Shown here: positions 49,022 to 59,907 of the stretch, one piece after another
Position numbering within the stretch: the stretch's first letter is position 1
Layout of the letters: each line of letters opens with the position of its first letter
From: an uncultured Bacilli bacterium
GTDB lineage: Bacteria; Bacillota_I; Bacilli_A; RF39; UBA660
Direction of reading: 5' to 3'
Length of the DNA: 64,000 nucleotides
NCBI GenBank assembly: GCA_944372455.1
Contig: CALVZF010000001.1
Location: 1,815-65,814, forward strand
The notes under the pieces: model-generated
Database searches by the model: none
What the model was told of the DNA's origin: nothing
The model's input: only the letters and a program-made list of their open reading frames with translations
Translations under genes and position numbers: made by a program

Positions 49022-49462
49022 ATGAAAATAAAATCTGACTATGTTAAACAAAATAATCTATGGATAAAACTAACTAAAGAACAGAAACAATACATTATAA
49101 ATAAGTATATTGATGAGTTTGAAGTTAAAGTAGATAAAGATTATAATGTTCAAATCACTAATATTATTTTCAATAAAAATGAATTAGAAAATATTGGATA
49201 TATGTTTAGAAATGATTGTTTTGATCTAATTGTTAACGTAAAAGATAGAGATATTATTTTATCTAACCATAAAACTGATGAAGAAACTATAAACTATATT
49301 GATACACTAAAAAATTTTTATAAGATAACTGAAACAGAAATTACTGGAGAATTATTTAATATAAATGATTATGATAATGATGAAATTATTCAAATAATTC
49401 CACAAGAAAAAAAGAATAAATTTGAAAAAAATAAATTTAAAATTTTACAAATTGAAGCATAA
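49022..49462 (+). CDS. hypothetical protein
   Basis: 146 aa ORF with no recognisable domain. Confidence 0.3.
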   Translation: MKIKSDYVKQNNLWIKLTKEQKQYIINKYIDEFEVKVDKDYNVQITNIIFNKNELENIGYMFRNDCFDLIVNVKDRDIILSNHKTDEETINYIDTLKNFYKITETEITGELFNINDYDNDEIIQIIPQEKKNKFEKNKFKILQIEA

Positions 49463-50223
49463 CATTTGCTTCTTTTTTTTTACTTAAGGGGGGTTGATAA
49501 ATATGAATTGTTTTTTTTAATTTTTATTAGCGCAATTACTAGAATATTTTGATAATGATAAAGAAAAATTATTAGAATTTATTCCTATAATTGCATTAGA
49601 AAATTATAAAAATGATATAAATGATGTAATACGGTTAGAAACATCAAAAATAAGTGAAAAATCATAAATCACTAAATTTAGTTGATTAAAAAACCTTATA
49701 AAATAAGGGTAAAAACACTATAATAGTTAAAATTTGAACCTAAAAAGTGGAAAAATAGTTGTTTTCGCAAGTGCGAAAATGGTTGTTGGTGCATTCCCAT
49801 ATCCTATTATAATTAAAATTTTAACTATTTTGAAGAAAGGAGGTATTTTTTATAATGGAAGTCAGTGTTGTATTACACGAAGAAGATGCAGAATTATTAT
49901 CAAAATATATGAAAGATAATAATATAAAAACTAAGCAAAAGTTGTAAGAAAATGTATAGAATTTGCTTCAAGAAAATTATCAATGGATGATATGATTTGT
50001 GATATAGATAATAAAATAAATAGACTTTTATATAGAGAAAATTTTAAGAAAAAACTATTAGAACAATTTTATGCGAATATGGAATTTAAAAAGGAAGCGG
50101 ATGTAAAAACTGAGCTAAGTTTAAGAAGATTTTATGATAGTAAAAGTCTTTTAATTAATAAGACCAAGGATAAAAAAATATGATATAATATGTATAATTA
50201 ATTACTTTGGGAGGTGTGATTCC

Positions 50224-51111
50224 ATGAATAATTTTAACTTAAATTTGTTTAAATATTTCTATTATGTCGTTTATTACAATGGGTTTACTAATGCATCAAA
50301 AAATTTAAATATTGCTCAATCATCATTAAGTTATAATATAAAACAATTAGAATTACAGTTAGATAAAACATTAATTATTAGAGATAATAAGATTTTTGAA
50401 TTAACTGAAGATGGATATAATTTGTATGAAAATCTAAAATCCGCTTTTATTATTTTAAATCAAAATTTGGAACAATTTGATAATAAAAATACTATGGAAT
50501 TGACTATTGGGGTTAGACATTATTTATCAGATTTTATTTTTTTAGATTCGATAGTTGAATTTATTAATACATATCCTAATATCCATATTAATATAAAACT
50601 ATATTCTAAATTGGATGTTAAAAAATTTGAAGATGAATATGATGTGTTAATTGATTATGAAGATTATACTAATTTAATTAATACTAATAATAAAGATTTA
50701 TTATGTATTTTAAACAATACTTTTGTTTCAGGAAAAGAACTATCAAAAAATTATGATTCAATTCAATCTATTAAAGAACTAGCAAATACGAGATTAATAT
50801 CAATGTGTCCAAATAAACGAAATGGTAAATTTCAAAAAATGTGTTTTGAAAATGGTATTTTATTTAAAAACATTATATCAGTTAATGATAGTATAATATC
50901 TAAGGAATTAGTAAAGAATAATTTAGGATTATGCTTTGTTAATAGGGAGTTTTTTAAAGAAGAAATTGCAAATGGAGATGTAAAAGAAATTAAAGTAAAA
51001 GAACAATTGTTTAATGACAGTGTATATATTGTTTATAAAAATGGTAAAAATATTAATAACATAAACAAATTTATTAAGATATTAAAAAATCAATATAAGG
51101 AGGAATTATAA
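50224..51111 (+). CDS. LysR-family transcriptional regulator
   Basis: N-terminal LysR HTH (LNLFKYFYYVVYYNGFTNASKNLNIAQSSLSYNIKQLE) and substrate-binding domain length. Confidence 0.8.
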   Translation: MNNFNLNLFKYFYYVVYYNGFTNASKNLNIAQSSLSYNIKQLELQLDKTLIIRDNKIFELTEDGYNLYENLKSAFIILNQNLEQFDNKNTMELTIGVRHYLSDFIFLDSIVEFINTYPNIHINIKLYSKLDVKKFEDEYDVLIDYEDYTNLINTNNKDLLCILNNTFVSGKELSKNYDSIQSIKELANTRLISMCPNKRNGKFQKMCFENGILFKNIISVNDSIISKELVKNNLGLCFVNREFFKEEIANGDVKEIKVKEQLFNDSVYIVYKNGKNINNINKFIKILKNQYKEEL

Positions 51112-51626
51112 TGAGTAAGTGGGACTTATATGATGATAAATTTAATAATACTGGAATTATTATAAATGATACTGATGAAATACCCGATGGTAAGTATCAT
51201 TATTCTATAAATGCATGGATATTAAATTCAAAAAAACAATTATTATTAATACGAAATACTTTAAATTATAATATTCATTATCCTGGTTTTTGGAATAGTA
51301 TTAATGGTAATGTTTTAAGTGGTGAAAGTCCAACTGATACCTGTATTAGAGCAATTAATTCTAAAATTGGAATAAAAGTTTCAAATTATGATATTAAAAA
51401 AATAGATACAAAATTGCGTGATCCTTATCATTACATTTATGAAACTTATATAGTTAATAAAGATATTAATTTAAATGAGATATGTTTTGCAGATAATACT
51501 GTTGTTCAGGCAAAATGGATTGATTTGAATGAATTATATAACATGATTGAAAATGGGGAAATCGCGTGGGTTTTAATTCCAAGAATAGAAGAATATGTAA
51601 TACCGCTAATGAAAGAGACTAACTAA
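51111..51626 (+). CDS. Nudix-like hydrolase (degenerate Nudix box)
   Basis: Nudix-fold length and partial box (GESPTDTCIRAINSKIG); overlaps the LysR stop. Confidence 0.45.
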   Translation: MSKWDLYDDKFNNTGIIINDTDEIPDGKYHYSINAWILNSKKQLLLIRNTLNYNIHYPGFWNSINGNVLSGESPTDTCIRAINSKIGIKVSNYDIKKIDTKLRDPYHYIYETYIVNKDINLNEICFADNTVVQAKWIDLNELYNMIENGEIAWVLIPRIEEYVIPLMKETN

Positions 51627-51668
51627 AATTGAACTGAACCCCAAAAGTTGGACAGTTTATAATTAGTA

Positions 51669-52508
51669 TTAATTAGAGGATTGTAACCTGTAATTTACAG
51701 GAGACAGTCCTTTTAATTTTTCTTTAAGTCTATCATGATTATAATAATAAATATAGTCATCTATTGCATTTATTAAATTATCCAATGTCTCATATTTATC
51801 TTCCTGATCATAAAACATCTCTGTTTTTAGTATTCCGAAAAATTTTTCCATTAATCCATTATCCATACTATTTCCTTTTCTGGACATACTTTGTTTTATA
51901 CCTTTATTTTTTAATCTCTGTTGATATGTGTCATGTTGATATTGCCATCCTTGATCAGAGTGAAATATTAAACCCTCTAAATTTCTTCCATCAAAAGCTT
52001 TATTTAACATATCATTTATTTGTTCTAAATTTGGTGATTTAGAAACATTATAGGATATTATTTCTTGATTGAATCCATCTAATACTGGTGAAAGATAGAT
52101 TTTTTCTCCTCTTAAATTAAACTCTGTAACATCAGTATACCATTTTTTATTTGGTTTATCTGCTTCAAAATCTCTGTTAATAAGATTATCTGCAATTTTA
52201 CCGATAGTTCCTTTATAAGAAGAGTATTTACTTTTATTTCTTTTTAAAGGTCTTAATCCCGATTTAACCATTAAACGATATACTTTTTTATGATTTACTT
52301 TATAGCCACGATTTCTTAATTCTAAAGTTATTCTGCGATAACCATATCTTTCTTTATGTTTAAAAAATATTTCTTTTATTTTATCAATTATTTCGCTGTT
52401 TTTATCATCTTTATCATTTTTAGATAAAGTATAATAATAAACGGATTTTGCCAATCCTGATACTTTTAGAAGAATCTTTAATGGATATGTTAGCCGAAGT
52501 TCATTCAC
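51669..52508 (-). CDS. IS3-family transposase OrfB (DDE/rve integrase core)
   Basis: Integrase core motifs (WYTDVTEF, HSDQGWQYQ). -1 frame relative to orfA with an AAAAAG slippery tract at the junction. Confidence 0.85.
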   Translation of the reverse strand: MNELRLTYPLKILLKVSGLAKSVYYYTLSKNDKDDKNSEIIDKIKEIFFKHKERYGYRRITLELRNRGYKVNHKKVYRLMVKSGLRPLKRNKSKYSSYKGTIGKIADNLINRDFEADKPNKKWYTDVTEFNLRGEKIYLSPVLDGFNQEIISYNVSKSPNLEQINDMLNKAFDGRNLEGLIFHSDQGWQYQHDTYQQRLKNKGIKQSMSRKGNSMDNGLMEKFFGILKTEMFYDQEDKYETLDNLINAIDDYIYYYNHDRLKEKLKGLSPVNYRLQSSN

Positions 52509-52513
52509 AACAC

Positions 52514-53020
52514 TTACTTTTTCTTCTGTTGTTGATTCTTCCTTGCTTGAACAACAGCTCTCAATTTTTTTGAGTATTCTAATTCTGCCTTCAAATATAA
52601 TTTTTCTTCTTCTAATCTTTTGATTTTTTCATCTTTAGTTTCATTTTCTTTTTTCTTTTCTACTTTTGGCATAGTTGGACGACCTCGCTTTCGTTCAACT
52701 ATATTATAACCGTTTTCTTTGTATTTTTTAATCCAATTTTGTAACATTCCATCGCTTGACAAACCTATATCTAAAGATACTGACCATACTGGTTCTTTAT
52801 TTAATAGTACTCTATCTATTGCATCCTGTTTAAACGTTATAGGGTAACTTTTATTTCTTGATGTCTTGACCACATCAAATCCATGTATATCTATTAATTT
52901 TATTAAATATGTAATTCCTGATTCCCTTTTATTATATTTTCTTGATAATGTATTTATTGATGAACCTTCTTTGTAATCGTGGCATAAATTTATTTTATCT
53001 TCATAACTTAATTTGCTCAT
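52514..53020 (-). CDS. IS3-family transposase OrfA (HTH + leucine zipper)
   Basis: HTH near the N-terminus, basic/coiled-coil C-terminus ending KKNQQQKKK before the frameshift window. Confidence 0.8.
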   Translation of the reverse strand: MSKLSYEDKINLCHDYKEGSSINTLSRKYNKRESGITYLIKLIDIHGFDVVKTSRNKSYPITFKQDAIDRVLLNKEPVWSVSLDIGLSSDGMLQNWIKKYKENGYNIVERKRGRPTMPKVEKKKENETKDEKIKRLEEEKLYLKAELEYSKKLRAVVQARKNQQQKKK

Positions 53021-53161
53021 ATAAAAACCTCGTTTCTATGTCCAAGAAACGGGGTTCATATCAAATTGATTAGTCTCTTTATTATTGATTTTTTCTATAT
53101 GTTATATCGAATTTTTGAATGATTAAAATGTACTGTATTATTATATAATATATGTGATTTG

Positions 53162-54692
53162 GAGTGATTATATGCAAAGTATACCAGATTCATTAAAACG
53201 AATTATAGAAAAAAATCCAATTTTGGAACATACCGTTAGAGGATTACCAAATTTAGGTGAAAACTTAGTTGATGGTCAATTTTCCAGAGAAGTTAATAAA
53301 ATTTATGATGCTTTTGAATTATATGGCAATGATTTATATGAACTTGAAAATGAAAGAATTAAAAATATTTCTTCAAGATCACTTGGTGGTGGAAGTCCAA
53401 TGAGAACATTTGCATTTCCTTTATGTAAAGAAGAACTAATTAAAATAATTGATAGCGATAAGTTATCAGATTATCCTATGGCTGCAGGTGATGAGGAGTC
53501 AAGAAAAATAATTTTAGAATATTTAAATCAAGAAGGATTTAAAAGTAATAGTGGGTTATCAAAAGATAATATTATTTTTACAGTTTCCTCTACACATGCA
53601 TTTAACATTATTTCAAGTATTATTGCTAGGCCATATGATGTAATATTAATGACAGGTCCAAATTATGGCTTATTTACGTTTGTTCCTGAACGTATTTCTG
53701 GGGCAACTGTTGAGATTTTGCCATTATCTGAAGAAGATAATTGGTATGTTAATCCACAAAAGTTATCAAAAAGGATTGATGAAATTAATGCAGATTTAAA
53801 AACTAAATATGGTGAATCTTTAGGATATACACCAAAAGTTGTTGCATTTTTAAATGAAAATCCACATAATCCTTTAGGCAAAGTAATGAATGAAAATAAT
53901 AAAGAAATACTTGAAGGTATTGGAAATGTTTGTTTATCAAAAGGTGTATTTGTTATAGATGATTTAATATATAGAGACCTAACTTATGATAGAAATAATT
54001 TAGCAAAACCGATAGCTTCTTATGAAAAATTCTTTGATAATACAATAACAATAACTGGTTTATCAAAATCTTATGGTTTAGCATCGATTAGATCTGGTAT
54101 GGTAGTTGCAAATGAGATAATAATTAGAGCGATACGAAATAAAATTTTTCAAACAATGGATTCTTCACCAGTATTACAAGGTAGAGCTTTGGCTGGTGCA
54201 TTTAACGCATCTGAAAGACGAAAAAAAGAGTATAATAATTATTTTAATCCAATTATTGAGGAATATAAATATCGTTTAGAATTATTGAAAGCATTAATTA
54301 ATGGTATAGATTTTATTAAAGATAGTAACTTAAAAGTGCAAATAGAAAATGATATAAGAAATTATGCTTATGATTATAATATAAGTCAAATTTTAGACGG
54401 AATACCAAATATCGATTTTGTAAATGGAACAATACCTGATTCTGGATTTTTTGAAATGTTAGATTTTACAGGATTAAAAAACAAAGTTGCTGAAAACGGT
54501 AGAGTAATTAGTGATGAAAAAGAATTGCTTAAATATTTGTATGAACAAGAAAAAATTAAACTTATATTAGGTCAATCAATATCATGGCCAAATGAGGAAC
54601 AACTTATAGGAAGAGTTACCACTGCACTTCCAAGAGAAGATTTAGTTGAACATTTTGGTGCAATGAATAAATGTTTAAGGAAGTTGAAATAA
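53162..54692 (+). CDS. PLP-dependent aminotransferase (class I/II fold)
   Basis: NENPHNPLG (NPxNPTG-like) and PLP-lysine motif SKSYGLASIRSG. Confidence 0.75.
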
Positions 54693-54693
54693 A

Positions 54694-55566
54694 ATGAAAA
54701 ACGTTGGAATTATATCTTGTGATAAGTGGATGAATAAAATCACTGAAGATTTATTATTAAAGCAAGAATTAATGAATAATAATATAAATGCGAAAATTAT
54801 TTCGTGGGAAGACATGACAATTGATTATTCAAAATTTGATTGCTTAATATTGCGTTCAGCTTGGGGGTATCAAGATAAATATTTAAAATTTAAAGAATGG
54901 TTGCAGATGATAAAAAATAAAAATATTTTATTATTAAACTATCCAGATATTATTATTAATAATATTCAAAAGAATAAACAATTTAATATTTTAGAAAGAA
55001 ATAATATTCCATTCATCCATACTAGTTTTGTATACAATGAAGATGATTTATTAGAAAGACTTAATTTAAATCCTTTAATAGTTGTTAAACCAATAATATC
55101 TGGAAGTGGAAAAAATACATATTTAATAAATCGAGATGATTTATTAAATTTAAGAAATATATTAAATAAATTAAAAAATATTTTTATCCAGAATGATAAT
55201 GGAATAATGATACAACCATATATTAATGGTATAGAAAATGGTGAGTATTCTTGTATTTTTATTGATGGTATTAATACCCATAATATGTTAAGGTTTCCTG
55301 GTATTTTTTCAGAAAAAAAAAGACCGATATATTTATCAGACATACCACATTGTGTTAAAAAAATAGCAAATGATGTATCGAAATTAGAGGAATTTACAGG
55401 TTATTTATATATGCGAGTTGATATTGTATTACAAGATGGTAATCCAATAATTATGGAAGTTGAACTAGCCGAACCAGATTTGTTATTTAAGTATATTGAA
55501 TACGACAAAGTTAGAGATCGAGGAATAAAATTACTATCAAAAAGTATAGTTAGGAGAATAAAATAA
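54694..55566 (+). CDS. ATP-grasp family ligase (RimK/glutathione-synthetase-like)
   Basis: Domain length and pattern (pre-ATP-grasp, then IVVKP...SGSGKNTYLI, central and C-terminal lobes); by eye only. Confidence 0.5.
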   Translation: MKNVGIISCDKWMNKITEDLLLKQELMNNNINAKIISWEDMTIDYSKFDCLILRSAWGYQDKYLKFKEWLQMIKNKNILLLNYPDIIINNIQKNKQFNILERNNIPFIHTSFVYNEDDLLERLNLNPLIVVKPIISGSGKNTYLINRDDLLNLRNILNKLKNIFIQNDNGIMIQPYINGIENGEYSCIFIDGINTHNMLRFPGIFSEKKRPIYLSDIPHCVKKIANDVSKLEEFTGYLYMRVDIVLQDGNPIIMEVELAEPDLLFKYIEYDKVRDRGIKLLSKSIVRRIK

Positions 55567-56816
55567 TGAAAACTTTATTATATTTTGAGGAATATGAATC
55601 TGATCTTTCAAAAGCATTGAGAAGAAGAAAAGATATTAATGTTTTATTTATTAGAACAGATAAGAATATAAATTTTTTTAGTAATGAGTATTTAGAAAAA
55701 TACAAAGATTATTATCAATTCTTCTATTATAATGATTTTGATATAGAAATTCATAAGTTTAAAAATTGGCTGAATCATAAAAAAATTAAAGTAGATTATT
55801 TTTTAAATGATTCTGAATTTTATATGGAGTATTCAAATAAAATTGCTGATAAACTTGGATTAGATTGTTTAAGTCCTGAACAAGTAAAGTGGGTAAGAGA
55901 TAAAGTTGCTATGAAAGATAGATTTAATCAAATTGGTTTAAAAACAGTTGATTATCAAATTGTTACTTCTAAAAAAGATATTTTGGAATTTATGAAAAAG
56001 CATTTAGGAGAACCAATTATATTTAAACCGAGAGATTTAATGAATAGTAAAAATGTATTTAAAATTGATTGTATTAGTGATTTAGATCAAATAGATTTAA
56101 ACTTAGAAGATGAAAGGTATATGGTTGAATCATATTGCTATGATCAAGAATGGTCAATAGAAAGTCTTGTTCAAAATGGTATAGTACTTGATTCTTATGT
56201 AACTTATATACCTAATAGAACTTTATGGGCGGCAATGGATAATAGATTAAATTGTCATATGACAGTTCCTAAAACACCTAAATATTTTAAGTTTATTCCC
56301 AAAGACTTTATTCAAAAAATAGTAGACGGTATGAATTTAAAAAATGGTGTAATGACAATAGAGGTGTTCATAGATGACGATGGTAATGTGATGCCAAGTG
56401 AATTAGGATGGCGTTTACCTGGTTGTCAAGCAACTAAGAACCATAGCTTATCTTATGGGTTTGATATGATTGATGCATTAATTGATATAGTAATTCATAA
56501 AACAGTTGATTTAAAATATAGAGATGAAATTATTAGTGTAGGTGACTTATATCTTCCTAATAAATCAGGGTTAATAGAAAAAATAACGCCATTAGAAAAA
56601 TTATTAAAAATGAATGGTGTAATCGATGGTGAAATGTTTGTTAAAACTGGAGATTATCGAGAAAAAAGAAGAGTTGGAAATGATGCATCTGGTTGGGTTC
56701 AAGTTTCAGGTAAAAATGAATTTGATACATTAAGAAAGATGCAAGCTGTTTATGATGATTTTGAAATAGTATCATCAGATGATATAGGAGGAAGAAAATA
56801 TGTTAAAAAGATTTAG
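55566..56816 (+). CDS. ATP-grasp family ligase (possible L-amino-acid ligase)
   Basis: ATP-grasp core (DKVAMKDRFNQIGLKT...IIFKPRDLMNSKNVFKI, ME-loop region); start overlaps the upstream stop. Confidence 0.55.
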   Translation: MKTLLYFEEYESDLSKALRRRKDINVLFIRTDKNINFFSNEYLEKYKDYYQFFYYNDFDIEIHKFKNWLNHKKIKVDYFLNDSEFYMEYSNKIADKLGLDCLSPEQVKWVRDKVAMKDRFNQIGLKTVDYQIVTSKKDILEFMKKHLGEPIIFKPRDLMNSKNVFKIDCISDLDQIDLNLEDERYMVESYCYDQEWSIESLVQNGIVLDSYVTYIPNRTLWAAMDNRLNCHMTVPKTPKYFKFIPKDFIQKIVDGMNLKNGVMTIEVFIDDDGNVMPSELGWRLPGCQATKNHSLSYGFDMIDALIDIVIHKTVDLKYRDEIISVGDLYLPNKSGLIEKITPLEKLLKMNGVIDGEMFVKTGDYREKRRVGNDASGWVQVSGKNEFDTLRKMQAVYDDFEIVSSDDIGGRKYVKKI

Positions 56817-57591
56817 TGGATATTTATTAGTAATTATACCTATTATATTAATAACAACTGGTTGTACAAATAAATTAAGTGTTATAAATAAAAAAGATGA
56901 TTTAAATAATAAAAATATAGGTGTATATACAGGTTCAGAATATGATAGCATTGCAGAAGATAACATAGAAAATCCTAAAATCTTATATTACAACAGCTAT
57001 AGTGATCAAATATCTGCTTTAAAATCTGGTAAGATAGATGGTTTCCTAGCCGATAAACCTTTAGCGAAAGAAATAATAAAAGAAAATACGGAATTAAAAA
57101 TATTAAAAGAAAAATTAACAGAAGATAGTTATGCATTTGCTATTAATCCAGAAAAAAGTAATTTGCAGTATGAGATTAATAAAGAATTAGTTAAGATGAA
57201 TAAAAATGGTAAATTAAAAGCATTTGAAGATAAATGGATGGGTAATGATGAAAGCAAGAAAGAATTAGAAGTTTATCATTATGATGATTCAAAAGGCGTG
57301 GTTAAATTTGCTACGGTATCTGGTTCAGCACCATTTGCTTACATGAAAAATAATAAAATAGTTGGATATGATATTGATGTTATTAGTTATATTTGTAAAG
57401 AATTAGGTTATAAATTAGAGATTATAGAAATGTCATTTGATGGAATAATACCAGCATTAAAATCGGGAAAAGTAGATATAGCTGGATGTTCGATTATTGT
57501 TACTGAGGAAAGAAAAAAATCTGTTTTATTCTCAGAACCAGATTATACTGGTGGAATTGTAGTAGTTGTTAGAGGAACAAATGAAAAGTAG
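56800..57591 (+). CDS. amino-acid ABC transporter substrate-binding lipoprotein (SBP family 3)
   Basis: Lipobox LITTGC; SBP_bac_3 motifs (IGVYTGSEYD, GKIDGFLADKP, GYDIDV...GKVDIAG). Confidence 0.8.
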   Translation: MLKRFSGYLLVIIPIILITTGCTNKLSVINKKDDLNNKNIGVYTGSEYDSIAEDNIENPKILYYNSYSDQISALKSGKIDGFLADKPLAKEIIKENTELKILKEKLTEDSYAFAINPEKSNLQYEINKELVKMNKNGKLKAFEDKWMGNDESKKELEVYHYDDSKGVVKFATVSGSAPFAYMKNNKIVGYDIDVISYICKELGYKLEIIEMSFDGIIPALKSGKVDIAGCSIIVTEERKKSVLFSEPDYTGGIVVVVRGTNEK

Positions 57592-58357
57592 AACTAAGTT
57601 TATAAAAATTTTTACTGTATTATTTCTTATACTAATAGTTATATTTATTAGTAAGAATGTAATTATAGATTTTTTAATTAATATTAGTAATAGTTTTAAT
57701 CGAACAGTAATAGTAGAAAAAAGATATATTTTATTCTTAAAGGGATTAAATTCAACTCTATTAATTTCATTCTTATCAATTATATTTGGCACATTATTAG
57801 GAATTATTTTATTCTTGTTACAAAGATTAAAGATACGAGTTTTAAATATATTATCGTATATGGTGGTACGTTTTTTGCAGGGGATTCCAGTAACAATATT
57901 ATTATTAACATTCTATTTTGGAATTTTTGGAGATATAAAAATAGAACCTATTTTAGTAGCAATAATAACATTCTCAATATATTTTTCAGTATATGTTTCT
58001 GAAATTGTTAAAGGATCATTTCTATCAATTAATAGAACACAAATTGATTCTGCTTATGCTTTAGGTTTTACTAAACTTCAAGCAGTTAGATATATAATTA
58101 TTCCTCAAGTGCTTTCGTATGTAATACCAGTTTATAAAAACGAAAGTGTTTCATTAATAAAATCTACTTCTATAGCTGGATATATATCTATAATAGAACT
58201 AACTAAAGCAAGTGATATCATAAGAAATAGAACTTATGAAGCATTTTTCCCATTAGTATTTACATCGCTTATATATTTTATAATTTGTTATGCATTTTGT
58301 AAATTATTGGATCTATTGTATAAGAAAATTAATCCAAGGATGGTGAAAAAATCATGA
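57581..58357 (+). CDS. amino-acid ABC transporter permease (His/Glu/Gln/Arg/opine family)
   Basis: EAA-like loop (ESAYALGFTKLQAVRYIIIPQ) and 5 TM helices. Confidence 0.8.
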   Translation: MKSRTKFIKIFTVLFLILIVIFISKNVIIDFLINISNSFNRTVIVEKRYILFLKGLNSTLLISFLSIIFGTLLGIILFLLQRLKIRVLNILSYMVVRFLQGIPVTILLLTFYFGIFGDIKIEPILVAIITFSIYFSVYVSEIVKGSFLSINRTQIDSAYALGFTKLQAVRYIIIPQVLSYVIPVYKNESVSLIKSTSIAGYISIIELTKASDIIRNRTYEAFFPLVFTSLIYFIICYAFCKLLDLLYKKINPRMVKKS

Positions 58358-59025
58358 AAAAAGATTGCATATTAGAATTTGAAAATGTTTCAAAATACTA
58401 TGGTGATGAATTGGTATTTAATAATGTTAATTTAAAAATTAAAAAAGGTGAAGTGATTTCTATAGTAGGAAAAAGTGGAAGTGGAAAGAGTACTTTATTA
58501 AAGTGTATAAACCGTTTAGAAAGTATTGATAATGGTAATATAAAGTTTAAAGGGATGGATATAGCAAAAAAATCTCTTGTGGAATTAAGACAAAAAATTG
58601 GTATAGTATTTCAAGATTATAATTTATTTGAACACCTAACTGTATTTGATAATCTTATGATAGGTTTAATTAAAATAAAGGGTTACTCTAAGAAAGATAG
58701 TATTCATAAGGTTTTAAATATTTTAAAAAAAATGGATTTGACTGATAAAAAGGATAAATATCCAGATGAATTATCTGGAGGGCAAAAACAAAGAATTGCT
58801 ATTGCCAGAACTCTATTAATGGAACCAGATATTATTCTTTTAGATGAACCTACAAGTGCTTTAGATAAAGAAATGAGAGATAGTGTATTAGAATTAATTA
58901 ATGACCTTGTTGATGAAGATATGACTTTAATTGTAGTATCACACGAAAATGAATTTGTTAATAAAGTGTCAGATAGAATTTTTATCCTTAATAAACATAC
59001 TTTATTGGAGAAGAAAAATGGATAG
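58354..59025 (+). CDS. amino-acid ABC transporter ATP-binding protein
   Basis: Walker A GKSGSGKST, signature LSGGQKQR, Walker B ILLDEPTSALD. Confidence 0.9.
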   Translation: MKKDCILEFENVSKYYGDELVFNNVNLKIKKGEVISIVGKSGSGKSTLLKCINRLESIDNGNIKFKGMDIAKKSLVELRQKIGIVFQDYNLFEHLTVFDNLMIGLIKIKGYSKKDSIHKVLNILKKMDLTDKKDKYPDELSGGQKQRIAIARTLLMEPDIILLDEPTSALDKEMRDSVLELINDLVDEDMTLIVVSHENEFVNKVSDRIFILNKHTLLEKKNG

Positions 59026-59905
59026 TATCAATAGTTATAAAATTATAGAAAAATTTCTATTAGGTGGTTCATCTGTTCAAAAATATATTGTTGAAAAAAA
59101 CAATAAAATATTCTTGCTAAGATTATATGATATAAGATTTATGAATAGTAGATATAGAGCTTTTGATAATATTAGAATCTTATATGATAATGGAATAAAT
59201 GTTCCTGAAATATATGATTTTGGTGAACTTTCTGATAATAAACATGGTTATGTTGTTATGGATTGGGTTGATGGAGTTTCTTTAGATAATTTATTAACTG
59301 ATGATAGTTGTTTAATTAATAAATATGTAAAAATAGTGGCAAATGAATTATTAAAAATGCATAGTATAGCTATAAATGAAAATATAGATATACATGATAA
59401 GTTTATAAAGTCGTTTAATAAGAAAATAAATAAGTTGAAAAATCTTGGTATAGATTATACATCTTCAGTTTTAGAATCGTTTGTTTTAGATAATAGTAAA
59501 GTTTTAAAAGAATTGGATACAAGTATTATACATGGAGATTTTCACCCTGGAAATATAGTAGTTAATGATGATAGTATTTGTTTTATAGATATGGATGTAT
59601 GTAAGAATGACTTTGCTTGGGTGGATCTATCAACAAATGCTTGTAATCTCAATTATCCTAAGTTTTATACAGCTTTAATAAATGAGTATTTTGATAATAA
59701 TATACCAGATGATTTTTGGCTAATATATAATCTATACGGTTTATTATATTGCTTAGATTATATACTTTATTGTAGTAGAATGGATAATAAAACACTTGAA
59801 GATGGTACTACAGTCTTAAAAAAATTTTTAGATTATTCAGATGAATTTAGTTCATTGAAACCTAAGTGGTTTGATAATAGTAAGGTTTTAAGAAAGGAAA
59901 AATAG
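59018..59905 (+). CDS. APH/ChoK-fold phosphotransferase (kinase)
   Basis: Brenner motif IIHGDFHPGNIVV and DFG-like ICFIDMDV; start overlaps the upstream stop (ATGGATAG). Confidence 0.7.
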   Translation: MDSINSYKIIEKFLLGGSSVQKYIVEKNNKIFLLRLYDIRFMNSRYRAFDNIRILYDNGINVPEIYDFGELSDNKHGYVVMDWVDGVSLDNLLTDDSCLINKYVKIVANELLKMHSIAINENIDIHDKFIKSFNKKINKLKNLGIDYTSSVLESFVLDNSKVLKELDTSIIHGDFHPGNIVVNDDSICFIDMDVCKNDFAWVDLSTNACNLNYPKFYTALINEYFDNNIPDDFWLIYNLYGLLYCLDYILYCSRMDNKTLEDGTTVLKKFLDYSDEFSSLKPKWFDNSKVLRKEK

Positions 59906-59907
59906 AT

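Larger units (their letters stand above)
51630..53063 (-). mobile_element. IS3-family insertion sequence (orfA-orfB with -1 frameshift), imperfect 26 bp terminal inverted repeats
   Basis: Left end TGAACTGAACCCCAAAAGTTGGACAG vs reverse complement of right end TGATATGAACCCCGTTTCTTGGACAT; TG...CA termini; possible 3 bp AAT target duplication. Confidence 0.8.

Noticed and set aside
49734-50183. Two 60-66 aa ORFs (49734-49919, 49983-50183) plus a 30 aa RBS-preceded ORF at 49860
   Set aside because: No conserved motif, weak translation signals and an AT-rich context. I cannot tell real small proteins from noise here, so they are not reported as features.
51764-52042. 92 aa + strand ORF inside the IS3 orfB
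   Set aside because: It is antisense within a clear transposase gene.
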